Positions 14,605 through 29,960 of a stretch of 64,000 nucleotides of DNA are shown here, piece after piece. Position 1 is the stretch's first letter, and each line of letters begins with the position of its first letter. Position numbers and translations under genes: made by a program. The DNA comes from Eledone cirrhosa (taxonomy: Eukaryota). The notes beneath the pieces are model-generated. The model searched no databases, was not told where the DNA came from, and saw only the letters and a list, made by a program, of their open reading frames with translations. The stretch covers positions 335,854,001 to 335,918,000 of the forward strand of contig OZ024742.1 of the NCBI GenBank assembly GCA_964016885.1, given 5' to 3'.

Positions 14605-16661
14605 CCCGAACTCGCACTGTAATCGCCTCCATCTCTCTCATTGTCCGCATTAACACCTTTCAGTGTGCGAGGGATCCCGAACTCGCACTGTAATCGCCTC
14701 CATCTCTCTCATTGTCCGCATTAACACCTTTCAGTGTGCGAGGGACCGCGAACTCGCACTGTAATCGCCTCCATCTCTCTCATTGTCCGCATTAACACCT
14801 TTCAGTGTGCGAGGGATCCCGAACTCGCACTGTAATCGCCTCCATCTCTCTCATTGTCCGCATTAACACCTTTAAGTGTGCGAGGGATCCAGAACTCGCA
14901 CTGTAATCGCCTCCATCTCTCTCATTGTCCGCATTAACACCTTTCAGTGTGCGAGGGATCCCGAACTCGCACTGTAATCGCCTCCATCTCTCTCATTGTC
15001 CGCATTAACACCTTTCAGTGTGCGAGGGATCCCGAACTCGCACTGTAATCGCCTCCATCTCTCTCATTGTCCGCATTAACACCTTTCAGTGTGCGAGGGA
15101 TCCCGAACTCGCACTGTAATCGCCTCCATCTCTCTCATTGTCCGCATTAACACCTTTCGGTGTGCGAGGGATCCCGAACTCGCACTGTAAACGCCTCCAT
15201 CTCTCTCATTGTCCGCATTAACACCTTTCAGTGTGCGAGGGATCCCGAACTCGCACTGTAATCGCCCCCATCTCTCTCATTGTCCGCATTAACACCTTTC
15301 AGTGTGCGAGGGATCCCGAACTCGCACTGTAATCGCCTCCATCTCTCTCATTGTCCGCATTAACACCTTTCAGTGTGCGAGGGATCCCGAACTCGCACTG
15401 TAATCGCCTCCATCTCTCTCATTGTCCGCATTAACACCTTTCAGTGTGCGAGGGATCCCGAACTCGCACTGTAATCGCCTCCATCTCTCTCATTGTCCGC
15501 ATTAACACCTTTTAGTGTGCGAGGGATCCCGAACTCGCACTGTAATCGCCTCCATCTCTCTCATTGTCCGCATTAACACCTTTCAGTGTGCGAGGGATCC
15601 CGAACTCGCACTGTAATCGCCTCCATCTCTCTCATTGTCCGCATTAACACCTTTCAGTGTGCGAGGGATCCCGAACTCGCACTGTAATCGCCTCCATCTC
15701 TCTCATTGTCCGCATTAACACCTTTCAGTGTGCTAGGGATCCCGAACTCGCACTGTAATCGCCTCCATCTCTCTCATTGTCCGCATTAACACCTTTCAGT
15801 GTGCGAGGGATCCCGAACTCGCACTGTAATCGCCTCCATCTCTCTCATTGTCCGCATTAACACCTTTCAGTGTGCGAGGGATCCCGAACTCGCACTGTAA
15901 TCGCCTCCATCTCTCTCATTGTCCGCATTAACACCTTTCAGTGTGCGAGGGATCCCGAACTTGCACTGTAATCGCCTCCATCTCTCTCATTGTCCGCATT
16001 AACATCTTTCAGTGTGCGAGGGATCCCGAACTCGCACTGTAATCGCCTCCATCTCTCTCATTGTCCGCATTAACACCTTTCAGTGTGCGAGGGACCGCGA
16101 ACTCGCACTGTAATCGCCTCCATCTCTCTCATTGTCCACATTAACACCTTTCCGTGTGCGAGGGATCCCGAACTCGCACTGTAATCGCCTCCATCTCTCT
16201 CATTGTCCGCATTAACACCTTTCAGTGTGCGAGGGATCCCGAACTCGCACTGTAATCGCCTCCATCTCTCTCATTGTCCGCATTAACACCTTTCAGTGTG
16301 CGAGGGATCCCGAACTCGCACTGTAATCGCCTCCATCTCTCTCATTGTCCGCATTAACACCTTTCAGTGTGCGAGGGACCGCGAACTCGCACTGTAATCG
16401 CCTCCATCTCTCTCATTGTCCACATTAACACCTTTCCGTGTGCGAGGGATCCCGAACTCGCACTGTAATCGCCTCCATCTCTCTCATTGTCCGCATTAAC
16501 ACCTTTCAGTGTGCGAGGGATCCCGAACTCGCACTGTAATCGCCTCCATCTCTCTCATTGTCCGCATTAACACCTTTCAGTGTGCGAGGGATCCCGAACT
16601 CGCACTGTAATCGCCTCCATCTCTCTCATTGTCCGCATTAACACCTTTCAGTGTGCGAGGG
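14605..16661. repeat. Tandem array of 29 copies of a 71-bp unit
   Basis: Unit gggatcccgaactcgcactgtaatcgcctccatctctctcattgtccgcattaacacctttcagtgtgcga. Period 71 (unit starts at 14671, 14742 and so on). Very few substitutions. Confidence 0.97.
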
Positions 16662-16983
16662 CAATAACATGGCTAACAATGGAATCGTAATTCCGAGACA
16701 AAATTTGAACACGGAAATGCTGGTTTGGTAATCCTCATAATCTGGGGCTAAACAACAAAACCAACTTCGTCGTCACTTCACCCCCCCCCCCACACACACA
16801 CCACCACCACCACCAATAGACACCTTGGTTACCATTTGTTCTGTTGACGTTGGATAAACAAAAAGCGGAAGACCATGTTTTTTTCAGCTGTGGATATTTT
16901 CTAGAACATTCAGTTTCCATTACATAGAAGGAATCCGTGCAATAAACACTCTCACACACAGTTAGATACTCGTACACACTCAA

Positions 16984-17624
<641 letters not shown>

Positions 17625-17814
17625 TATATATATGACAGGCTGAAATTCTTTATATATATATACACAACCCAGAAAGAGGTTGATGCTGTCATACGGACGA
17701 CTATAAGAACACATGCAGGTAGACACACACACATACACACACACATGGATGCACACAGACACGCACAACCATAACAAGCATTATATGCAAAATTATATAC
17801 CTATACATATACGT

Positions 17815-18075
17815 AGGCGCCCTTCGGTCACGAACAACCATGGTTGTTGCACCTATAAAGTTTCCCTCCGACGAACAAGCCTGGGCTAACTGCGTTTGCC
17901 AGTCTGCCATGACAACGATGTTGTTCAAGGGAAAAGGAATGACACCAGTGACTGATTCTTACAGCTGATTAAACCGGAGCAACGTGAAATAAAGTGTTTT
18001 GCTCAACATACTGCCCGAGATTCGAACTCACAACCTTACGCTTGTGAGATCAACGCCCTAACTGCGCCCTAACTT
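17815..18075 (-). mobile_element. SINE family A variant (alternative 3' tail)
   Basis: Shares ggagcaacgtgaaataaagtg...gctcaa with 1-240, and cccttcggtcacgaa..accatgg with 50930-51262. Confidence 0.65.
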
Positions 18076-18339
18076 GCTTATATATAAGCAACGGGATATT
18101 TAATTTGTTGGTAATGAGTCTATAAATCCTGGAAAACTGTAAGTCCGGTATTGGAAAAAAAAAACACAAGGGATTGACACTCCAAATTCACTAATCTCCT
18201 TTTACTTTGCTCCACTTTTCAAGTTAAAGGACACGACGGTTCAGTTATATTCAGTTTCCTTAGTGTATCTAATTTTGTCTGGATATCTTAACTTAAAAAT
18301 AGAATTCGAGAATAATGATAAATTAGCAAATTTTGTCGC

Positions 18340-20356
<2,017 letters not shown>

Positions 20357-20503
20357 TGTGTGTGTGTCTGTGTGTGTGAGTGTGTGTTATAGATGGATAG
20401 ATAGATAGATAGAGACGGTACAACGGGACAGACGAAACGTGAGAACTTAAAAGAAAGTAAACGAAATGGGGTTAATGGGAATACACACACAGACACGCAG
20501 ACA

Positions 20504-20610
<107 letters not shown>

Positions 20611-21117
20611 GTATATACTTCATACAAGAGACATATCTAGAGTAAACAGAGTTTTCTTTCAAAAAATAAACAAAGAAAAAATAAAGAAAAATCTTCCACT
20701 CGAAAGAAAAAAAGAATGCAAGCAAAATTAACTCTCACATGAATACGAAAGTGAAAGTAGAAAAAAGAACACCTAAAAAATATCATTTTAAACCTAAAAG
20801 CAACAACAAACAATCAGAAGTAACGGAGAAAATAATTATTATTTTAGCAATTTCGTGGAGTATTTAATTAAAACGATCTGTGACGATGTGAGAACCAAAA
20901 TAAGACTGCTAATAATTAAAGATGTATGTAGCTGTTGAGAGGGTTGAACAAGAACTATATAACTTTGAAGATGAGACGTAATGAAACTATTGTTTAACTT
21001 TGTCGCTCCCATAACACCCTCACACAGATTGGCTGTGATGCTATGGTTGTTGTTGTTGTTGCTATGATCATTGCGATTACTGTTGAAAATATTGTGTTTA
21101 TATACACACACACATTA

Positions 21118-21171
<54 letters not shown>

Positions 21172-21174
<3 letters not shown>

Positions 21175-21968
21175 TAGGGCGGGTAAAATTCCCGAGATCC
21201 ATGGACGAGTTCTCTCCAGCGGTCTCTGTCCCTCATTATCGCTGCCATCTCCTGCGTCCCCAACAGACCAGTGTCTGTCCTTAAGGCATCAACATACGTT
21301 AACCTTGGTCTTCCTCTTCCAGTGTGTCCATGTAGGGGCTCCCACAGGAGCACTGAGTGCAATGTCAACTCTGGATGTCGGTCAGCATGTCCAGCTAACC
21401 TCAGTCTCCCCTGTGTCACTTTTGAGCTGACTTTTGGGAGGCTCCCATACAGCTCTGAGGTTTTCATCCTCAGTGTATACTGATTAATGTTCAGACCATC
21501 CTCAGCATTCTCGTGTAGCACCCATCCACCATCTGAGTGAGTTTCTTGGTCAGTGTCCAAGTCTCAGACCCGTACAACAGCACAGACTCCACTACAGCAA
21601 TGAAGAGGCGGATTTTCAGGTCTTTACGAAGGTCCGACTTCCACACCGATCTCAAGCTGTGGCACGCCGCCCAGGCCTTGCTCTTCCTCTCAACCACATC
21701 ATCTTCCGTATTCCCAATCTTTGCTCCCAAATACAGGAAGTCCTCAACCAATTCTAGCGGCTTCCCGCCTACATTAGTAATCCCCTCTAGCTTCTAAACA
21801 TTCTCTACCAGATATGTTGTTTTAGTCTCATTCATTCTCAGCCCCACACTCATCGACACAGTCTCAACCTGCTGCATAAAACCCCCTGTCTCCTTCGCTG
21901 CATTTGTCACCAAAACTATGTCGTCGGCAAATTCAGTATCTGTTATCTTGTTCGCCTTAACTCTCCTC
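21172..21968 (-). mobile_element. 5'-truncated RTE LINE fragment
   Basis: EFADDIVL, VEDFLYLG, SVLLYGSETW, RLRLAGH and GRPRLTY motifs, with frameshifts. Flanked by (TA)n on both sides. Confidence 0.88.
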
Positions 21969-22089
21969 TATATATATATATGCCTAAAGTAGAAACAATT
22001 ATTATTGTATATATAAAGCTCCAGTAATGCACTGGGGTAATTACTAGCCTTGTGCAAAAAGTAGAAACAATTATAGATAGAATGAACAA

Positions 22090-22609
22090 TGAGAGAGAAT
22101 GAAACTTGAAAGACAGAGATCGTGAAAGAAGATGAAAGAGAGAGAGGGGGGGAGTAAGAAGGAAGGCAAAAGACAGAAAAGCTGAGACAGATAGAAAAAG
22201 ATAGAGAAGTGAGAGAAGAGAGAGAAAAGACAGAGATAAAGAGAGAGGGAGGGAAAAAGCGGAGAGAAGGGGAAAGAGAAAATCGAAAGAAAGTAGAGAG
22301 GGGAAAAGGAGAGGAGAGGGAGAATAGAAAGAGAGAAAAGGTGAAAAGAGAGAGAGAGAAAGAGGAGAGAGAAAAGCGAAAGGAAAAGAGGAGAGAGAGG
22401 GAGAAAAAGAAAGAGAGCGAGAGAAGAAAATATAAGAGAGAAGAGATAGAGGAGAACATGAAGAGAGATCAGGAAAAAGAAGAGAAAGGGAGAGAGAGAG
22501 GTGAAATAAGAGAGGGTGGAGGAAGACAAGAGAGAGAGAGAGAGAGAGGGGGGAATAGAAGAAATAGAGGGGAAAATGAAGAAGAGAAGAGAGAGATAGA
22601 GGGGGAAAT

Positions 22610-22647
<38 letters not shown>

Positions 22648-23162
22648 AATAAGAGAGGGGTGGAAGAAGAGAAGAGAAAGAGAGGGAAAGAAAAGAAATA
22701 GAATGGAAAATGAAGAGAAGAGAGAGATAGAGGGAAAAATGAAGAAACAGAGAGAGAGAGAGGGGGGGGGGAGATGAAATAAGAGAGAGAGAGGGAAGAA
22801 GTGAAGCGAGAAAGAGAATATATTTTTTTCCTTGGTTCCATTAATAGTTGTGACAAAAGTAACTTTCCTTCTCTCGTTGGAAAGCCTCCATTTTAGATGT
22901 ATCTCCTCCGTATGAATACAACTAAACAAAATATCAAAAACAAAAAACAAAACAAAAACAAAACAACAACAGAGATATACGTAACAACAACAATAACAAC
23001 TGCAAGAACAACTGTTGAAACAGCTACAACAACTACCATAACAGCTATAACAACAACAATTACCACTATAGCTGCAATAAAAACTAGTTACAAGAACAAC
23101 AACAAAAACAACAACTATAACTTTATCTTCAAGAACAAGAACTACTATAACAACGACAACTA

Positions 23163-23253
<91 letters not shown>

Positions 23254-23430
23254 AAGAACACCAAAAGTAACAGCAACAAAACAAGAACAATACAAAAATT
23301 ATTCGAAAAGAATAACGAAAAACATATACACATACACACATACACACAGATGCGCGCGCGCACACACACATGCAGATGCACACACGCGCATGCACACACA
23401 CACACACACACGCATGCACACATACACACA
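22090..23430. repeat. AG-rich low-complexity block followed by (CAA)/(TAC)/(TGC)/(CA) repeats
   Basis: Directly visible. Confidence 0.9.
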
Positions 23431-24315
23431 AACCTGAAACATATCTAACGATAAATAATAGGAAAAAAAGCCCCAGTTAACCTATTTCAAACATCACCGG
23501 GGAAAGGTAGAGATAAAATAAAATTAAACGAAGAATGAAGAACTAAATGTATTTTAAGAATATGGATTACAAAATATATTTCTATACAGCGAAAAGTCTA
23601 TTTTGTTTGGTTTATCTCTATCGTCTTTTATTCAATTCGATATTTTATGTTTTATGTTTTTTATACTCACTGCGATAATGTTAGAGTTACACATCAGGTT
23701 TTTCACACACACACACACACACACACCACACACACACACACACACAACATACATACAACACGACACACACAGAGACATGTATACATACATATATATATAT
23801 ATAAACATACATATATGTATATATATATATATATAAATGTAATCTGAGTTTTTCGAATATTAATAATAACATTCGATTCGTTTACAATTATGCAAACGAG
23901 GATCATTTTCAAAGCCATGTTAGTAGAATGAAACCTTTATTCTTGCTCTTGTGTTGGCATGTAAACAGAACTGCAGACACTGTTAACTTGGTCATTTGCA
24001 ATTCGAACACATGTATACTTGTACTGGTGTTCATCCATCTCATATATTCAATTGTATATATATATAGAGAGAGATATGTTTCTTTATTAGCCACAGGGGC
24101 ACAAAAGAAGGGGTCAAATACAAAGGGGGAAGTTTACATACAATAAAAACGTGTAAAATACTATCACAAATACAATTTAAAAGTTAATCGATTTTCCCCA
24201 TTAGGGGAAGACATTACATATGGGTAACATATACCCCCGAAAAAAATGTACAACCCTCATCTCCAGGAGTACGAAGAGTTTGTGCCTCTTTCCTCTCCTC
24301 CTCTTTTTCCTCAAC

Positions 24316-27300
24316 CTACAGGCTGATATAGAGAGAAGGCCCATTCACTCGGGCCATTCTTGCCACTTTCACCCACCTTTCATAAAACTTGCTGGGGTAC
24401 AGCACCTCTCTCTCCATCCTGATTCTTCTTCTAAAGTGGTATTTGAAAAAAGGAATCAGTTGTTGGCCGGAGAGAAAGGTATCTGACCTCAGCCCTTTCA
24501 ACCATGTCCACCATACAAACTCTTTCGCCATAGCTATCACACGAAGGAAAACTGCCTCTCCTTCGTTTTTGAAGGAGGGTGGCGGTTTGATCATGACAAT
24601 GGACTCGGTGGTCAACCGGATTGGTCCCACCCGCGACAATAGTCGTTCTACATAGCCCCACAGGTCGGTAACGCCCGGGCAGTGTATGAATGCGTGCGCG
24701 ACGGTTTCTTCGTACGCACGCACCTCGGACAGATCTTTTTGCAGGGTCCCTGCCCGGGCGCCCATGTCTGTAGAGCTTGTCTCGAACTGGTAGAACTCCT
24801 CGGTACCACTGCTAGGCCAGGGACTTTTGGAAGTTGTCCATCGGTCCCGGGCGGAATGTCCTACCGAACAGACTGGCCAGTTCGTCTTCCTCTACGCCTA
24901 GAGTTTCACCGAGCGCGTCGTCGCACTTGCTGCGGATCAACCTTCTATAGACTGACGAAGTGGAGTCTCCACTGATTGCCGGGTCCGCCTGCTAGAGGGC
25001 TGTGAGCGCCTGAGCACATTCGATGTGCCAGTCGCCCATTTTCATCGGTCTTTGCTTGACCCAGGACTGCAGCTCGGTCAGCGAGACGAGTTGTGGGAAG
25101 GCTCGCCTCACGAACGGGGCCCACACCGGTTATCCGGTGAGGAATAGGTAGAGATGCCGCAGCCTGAGCGCGTGTTTGCGCATCGTCAGCCACGGCATCC
25201 TCAGCCCTCCGTTGGAAGGGTGTTGGCAGCAGATGGATCTTCTCACCAAAGGAGCCCGCCTCTTCCAAAGGAATTGGAAGAGCGCGCGCTCCATTTTGGT
25301 GAGCGTTTTGGCTGGACAAGGCACAACGGTCAAGCGGTAGTAGATGGCGGATGCTATAAAAGTGTTCGCCACCTCCGCTCGACCTTTCAAGGATAGTTTG
25401 CACTCGGCCCACTTCTGGGTGAGTGCAAGCATCTTGGCCGTCACCTCGTTCCAGTTCTTCTCCATCTGGAGGTCCGGACCAAACCAGACCCCGATCAGTT
25501 TTACCGGTCCTTCCGTCCAGCATCCGACGACGCCATCGGAAGGTATCGGTTTGCCTCTCCACGATCCGAGTTGCAAACCGATGGACTTGTGCCGGTTCAG
25601 CTTCGCTCCTGTGAACCTTTCGTATTCCTCCAGTAAGGTGCCGGTCTCCTCGATTTGTGAGGCGCTCGACACCATTACTGTCACGTCGTCGGCGTAGGCC
25701 GACGCCGCTTTCCGCAGTCCCGGTTCCAGAGGGATTCCCTGCAATAGCTCTAACTTCCGCAGTAGTGGCTCGAGAGTCAGTACGTACAGAAGGGAGAAGG
25801 GCATCCCTGTCGAATGGATCGCGTGATATGGAACGGCTCCGAGAGGTAGCCGTTCACCTTGACCCTTGAGCAGATGTTGCTGTTGTGCATTGCAGCAATC
25901 CAGCCCCTGAACACGGGTCCGAAGCCTGCCGTCTCGAGCACCGAATCCAGGTAACGATGGTCAACCCTATCGAAATCCTTAGACTGATCCAAGTTGATCA
26001 GGGCCCCACCGAAGCCGGGTTTACACCCAACCCTCTCTATGATGTATCGCATGAGGTGGAGGTTGTCGTGTATGGACCTGGTTGGGATTGTGCATGTCTA
26101 CGCTTTTCCCACCAGGTTCTCGACGACAAGCGCCAGCCTCTTTGCCAACACCTTGGCCAAAATCTGTAACTCTGTGTTTAGCAGAGTTTTGGGCCAGTAG
26201 TTTCCTATGTCATCCCCCTTATTCTCGTCCTTCCTGACTAGTGTGACTACGCCCCTGGTCACAGAACTGGGAATTCTCCCGTTCTGTTGCCCGTTGCATT
26301 AGACCGCTTCCAGGAGACCGGAGAATAAGTCCGGCATTGCTACGTAAATTCGTAGGGTAGACTGTCGAGACCTGGAGATTTGCGTTTGTCGCATTGGCTC
26401 AGCGCGTCCCCTATCTCAGCGGCTGAAATCGGCTTTTCGCAGAACTTCGCCTCGCTGTCCGAGAGTCGCCGTAGGCCGTCGAGGTATGGACCGAAATCCA
26501 TAGCCCCTCCCGGCACGCCGCCCTGCCAGAAAAGTTGAGCAAAGTGCCGCTGAAAGGCCGCACACATCTGCTTCGACTCACGTATCACGCGTCCGTCTTG
26601 GTCCTTCAAAGACCGAATCGTGAACTTGTTACCACTTTTCGCCTCCGTCACCTGGGCCCAGCTAACAGCTTTGGCTCCCTCGTTTCCCAGAGCACGTATT
26701 TTGCTTTTGACAACGCAGCCCTCGTGCTTTGCGTCGAAGAACTGGTCCAAGGCCGTTCTCGTTGCTAGCACGCTGGCTACGTTGCCACTTCTAATTGCCT
26801 CTTCTACTTTATCTACCAGTTCCTTCTCGGTTCTATTTCTATCTAACGCTAATTCTTTACTAAAAACTAACGAGTCTAATCTAACTGCCCTCTTGAGAGA
26901 GTACTACCATCTGTTTTTGACAATGGCCCCTGTCAAGTGCTGTTTAACTAAAGTGTTAATCCGTCTACTGGAGGCTTTGCATGTCGGTAACGACAAGTTC
27001 AGCTTCCAGTAGCCGGGTCCGTGTCTATGGGTTCTATCAAGGTTGACAATGCAGGTCACTAGTTTGTGATCTGAATAGGCAACCATGAACATTTGTGGAC
27101 AGCTTAACATGTTCCTATCCTTATTTCTAACTAGAACCCTATCTAGGTACGATCTAGATGTTCCGCTGAGATTAGTCCACGTCCACAGTGGCACAGTCGG
27201 AAAATCTAGTCGATATCTATCGGCCAGGTCAAATCGGCCGATTAACTGTTTGAGGCTGTTACACCTCCCTTTATCGGGACATGCTCCCACATAGTCCCAA

Positions 27301-27745
27301 CCTGCATCTAGGATTCCATTCCAGTCCCCCACTAAAAGCAAGGAGCGGGATGTTCCCAGAAAAGTCTCTAGACGTTTGAAGAAGTCTGGCCCCGGTGTCC
27401 CGGATGGGGCATATGCGGCCACCAGCCTGAAGGCTCCACCTTCACTACCGTCAACGTCTATGACCACCAGTCGACCCCCCGGGTTCAGATGTACCATCTG
27501 TGTTACGAGGCCCAGGTGTTTCCGCAGCAAAACAGGAACCCCGCCCCACCCTCCGGCTGACAGAGAGATGCGTAGATCTGAAAGTCATCGAAGATGGGGG
27601 CCAGCTGTCACTCGCTGTGGATCCTGGACTCGCAAATGGCTACTACATCCATACTGTGCGACCTGAGGTCGTTTAAGAGTTTGCCCTGTTTCCAGAGCAT
27701 CCCCAGGCCGCGTACGTTCACACATCCAACTCTTATATTGGCCAT
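24316..27745 (-). pseudogene. LINE ORF2 (APE endonuclease, reverse transcriptase, C-terminal Cys/His motif), with multiple frameshifts and stops
   Basis: Starts MANIRVGCVNVRGL at 27745. Motifs AYAP, GDWN, SYLDR, SDHK, GPGYWKLN, KSPGLD, DQSKDFDRVDH, AYADDV and EETVAHAFIHC are spread over several frames. Confidence 0.9.
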
Positions 27746-29145
27746 GTTGGTTCTGAAAAGTTAAAAGAAGAGAAGAAAACACTCATTTCCATGGGGGTGT
27801 TAGAGGGGTTGTCTGGATGGGTGGTGGTTTCCGGCGGGGTGGGGACAGAGATGTTTGGTGGGGTGTCTGGGTTGAGGGTGGCGAAACTTTTTAAAAGGAC
27901 GCGGTTAATGGGTTTAACACAAGGATTACCCACGTCCTTAGGAAAGTTTTCCTTTAAAGACTTATAGGTGTCCGTCGGGACCCTAATCATCTTTAAATTA
28001 GGTTTGTCTACACAGTTCGAAAAAGTTTTCCCTTCGGTGAAAACCGAAGGGTCGTTGGAGATAGCCTCCATTAAAGTTTTGTTTTTAGTGTTTATGTATG
28101 TGTAATGCTCTTGTTGTGTTGCGGATGGTTTGTTGTTCTCGTTTTGGTTATGTTTGCGTGTTGTTGTTGTGGTGGTGGTGGTGGTGGTGGTGGTGGTGGT
28201 GGTGGTGGTGGTGGTGGTGGTTGTGTTGTTGTTTTGGGTGTTGGCAGTAGTGCCTCTTTTTTTTGTAGTTAACTTAGGACAGTAAGCCTTCAGGTGACCA
28301 CTGCTTAAACAGTGGTAACATGAAGGCCGCCTACCCTCAACAGAAATGTTTATGTGTGAAATTCCATCCAGAGGCACACGTTGGGGTATTTTAGCTATCC
28401 GTTCTGGCCTCATTTGAAGCAGAACTTCCATGCTTGTACCATTGAATGTACCTCTGGAGGACTTTCCCACTGAAATGATGGTGTCTTCGTCGAAATCGAT
28501 GAAACCAGTTAAAATCCACCAGACGTTTACATTTGGTGCGATGTTCGAAATTTTTATCTTTTGTGTTCTTTTTCCCATATATGTGGGGGAAAAGGTGTAA
28601 AGGGGGGACACAATCGGCGATACAGAATATTTTTGTGCTGTCAATAGGACTTTCAACAACACCGAAATGCTTCCAAAAAGTTTCCCTTTTTGGATGAAGG
28701 CAATATCCTTCATGGAATTCTTCAGAACCAGTTCAATGTCGTTTTGGGATAATTGAACTGGTCTTTTCGACACATTTGAAACCGTCCAAAAAATTACTGT
28801 TTTTAGAACAGTTTCTCTGCGTAACTGTTGAGGAGAAGTGATGCTGAAAGCACCACTCTCACCAAAAGTTACATACTGTTTTGCATCGCTTAACATTTCC
28901 CTAGCATTGGAAATGTCAAGGTATGTGAACAGTTCCGACTTTTGGACGGTTTGAGCAAAGGAAATCTTTTCCTTGTTCGTGGAGTTGTTCGTGTTGCTGT
29001 TGTTGGTGGTGTTGTTGTTATCATTGTTGCTGTTGTTTTTGTTGTCATTATTGTTGTTGTTGTTGTTGTTCTGGTTGGGGTTGTTTATATTTTGCATGTT
29101 GTTGGTGTTTGTGTTAGTGTTGATGTTACAATCAATGTCCGACAT
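27733..29145 (-). CDS. LINE ORF1 (gag-like nucleic-acid-binding protein, 470 aa) with a CX2CX4HX4C knuckle
   Basis: Open from ATG to TAA. Contains CYHCLSSGHLKAYC and lies directly upstream of ORF2. Confidence 0.8.
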   Translation of the reverse strand: MSDIDCNINTNTNTNNMQNINNPNQNNNNNNNNDNKNNSNNDNNNTTNNSNTNNSTNKEKISFAQTVQKSELFTYLDISNAREMLSDAKQYVTFGESGAFSITSPQQLRRETVLKTVIFWTVSNVSKRPVQLSQNDIELVLKNSMKDIAFIQKGKLFGSISVLLKVLLTAQKYSVSPIVSPLYTFSPTYMGKRTQKIKISNIAPNVNVWWILTGFIDFDEDTIISVGKSSRGTFNGTSMEVLLQMRPERIAKIPQRVPLDGISHINISVEGRRPSCYHCLSSGHLKAYCPKLTTKKRGTTANTQNNNTTTTTTTTTTTTTTTTTTTTTTRKHNQNENNKPSATQQEHYTYINTKNKTLMEAISNDPSVFTEGKTFSNCVDKPNLKMIRVPTDTYKSLKENFPKDVGNPCVKPINRVLLKSFATLNPDTPPNISVPTPPETTTHPDNPSNTPMEMSVFFSSFNFSEPTWPI

Positions 29146-29659
29146 CGTGTTTTAAAAACTGACGACACTTTTGATGTCTTTCAATGAGGTGGTGAGAGGA
29201 GGTGACTGCGAGCTTAACACTCTTACCGCCTCTCCACCACTTCTAGTACTGAACGCAGCGTTCATGATTGAATGCAAGGTTTGTTTACAATTTTTTCACC
29301 GGCGAAATTTTTTCCAAACGAAAATTTCACCCCAGGGAGGGGTGAAGATGACTTGAGCCACCGTCTGAAAGTCCAGACGTGGGGTCAAGCTATAAAATAG
29401 TAATAAATTTAACAATAAATTTTTGATTTCTTACTTAGAAAATCAACAAAAACTTACCAGCGAACTGGCATATATATGTATCTATAGATATATGTCTAGG
29501 TATATTTATAGATACAGATATATATATTTATAGATATATGTATATGTAAGTATACATATATATATGTGTGTGCAAGTGCGATGATTATGCGTTTGAATTT
29601 ACAAACTGGAGAAGGGATATGCCAGCCTCGAATAAATAAATAAATATATAAATATGATG

Positions 29660-29960
29660 ACAGTTACGTCGCGCTCGAGTACAAACACACTTCTGCATGT
29701 GTGTAGCATAGATGTGACTTTTTAGGCCAGCACGAGTCCAACATTTTCTGGCACAGATATTACAGACATGGCCTTTGGCAACAAGAATCGATGGCTGGTT
29801 GCCATATACTTTTATGTACTGGCTCAGGCTTCCTACTGATTGGCTGACTAACACTCTGCCGTACATAAATCTACATGATTACATCACAGTCTGGAAATCC
29901 TACGTCGAGTGCTTAAATCTGCATACCCAAGTATTAGTTGATCAATACGTACAACTGAGA
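29660..29960 (-). mobile_element. Degraded RTE 3' fragment with a C2H2-like finger
   Basis: HVCNICARKCWTRAGLKSHI resembles the fingers of the 52979 RTE. Confidence 0.55.

Larger units (their letters stand above)
24077..29469 (-). mobile_element. Apparently full-length Tx1/L1-clade non-LTR retrotransposon
   Basis: 5'UTR, ORF1 with a zinc knuckle, overlapping ORF2 (APE-RT-Cys/His domain), and a 3'UTR with AATAAA at 24083-24088. Both ends abut TA-rich microsatellite. Confidence 0.88.

Noticed and set aside
14605-16661. CRISPR array, tRNA array or twister-ribozyme array
   Set aside because: Units are identical end to end with no unique spacers, and there are no cas genes. No cloverleaf and no twister or hammerhead core motifs were seen on either strand.
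21943-23448. 450-aa and other long low-complexity ORFs
   Set aside because: Stop-free only because of AG-rich and triplet-repeat composition; no domain motifs.
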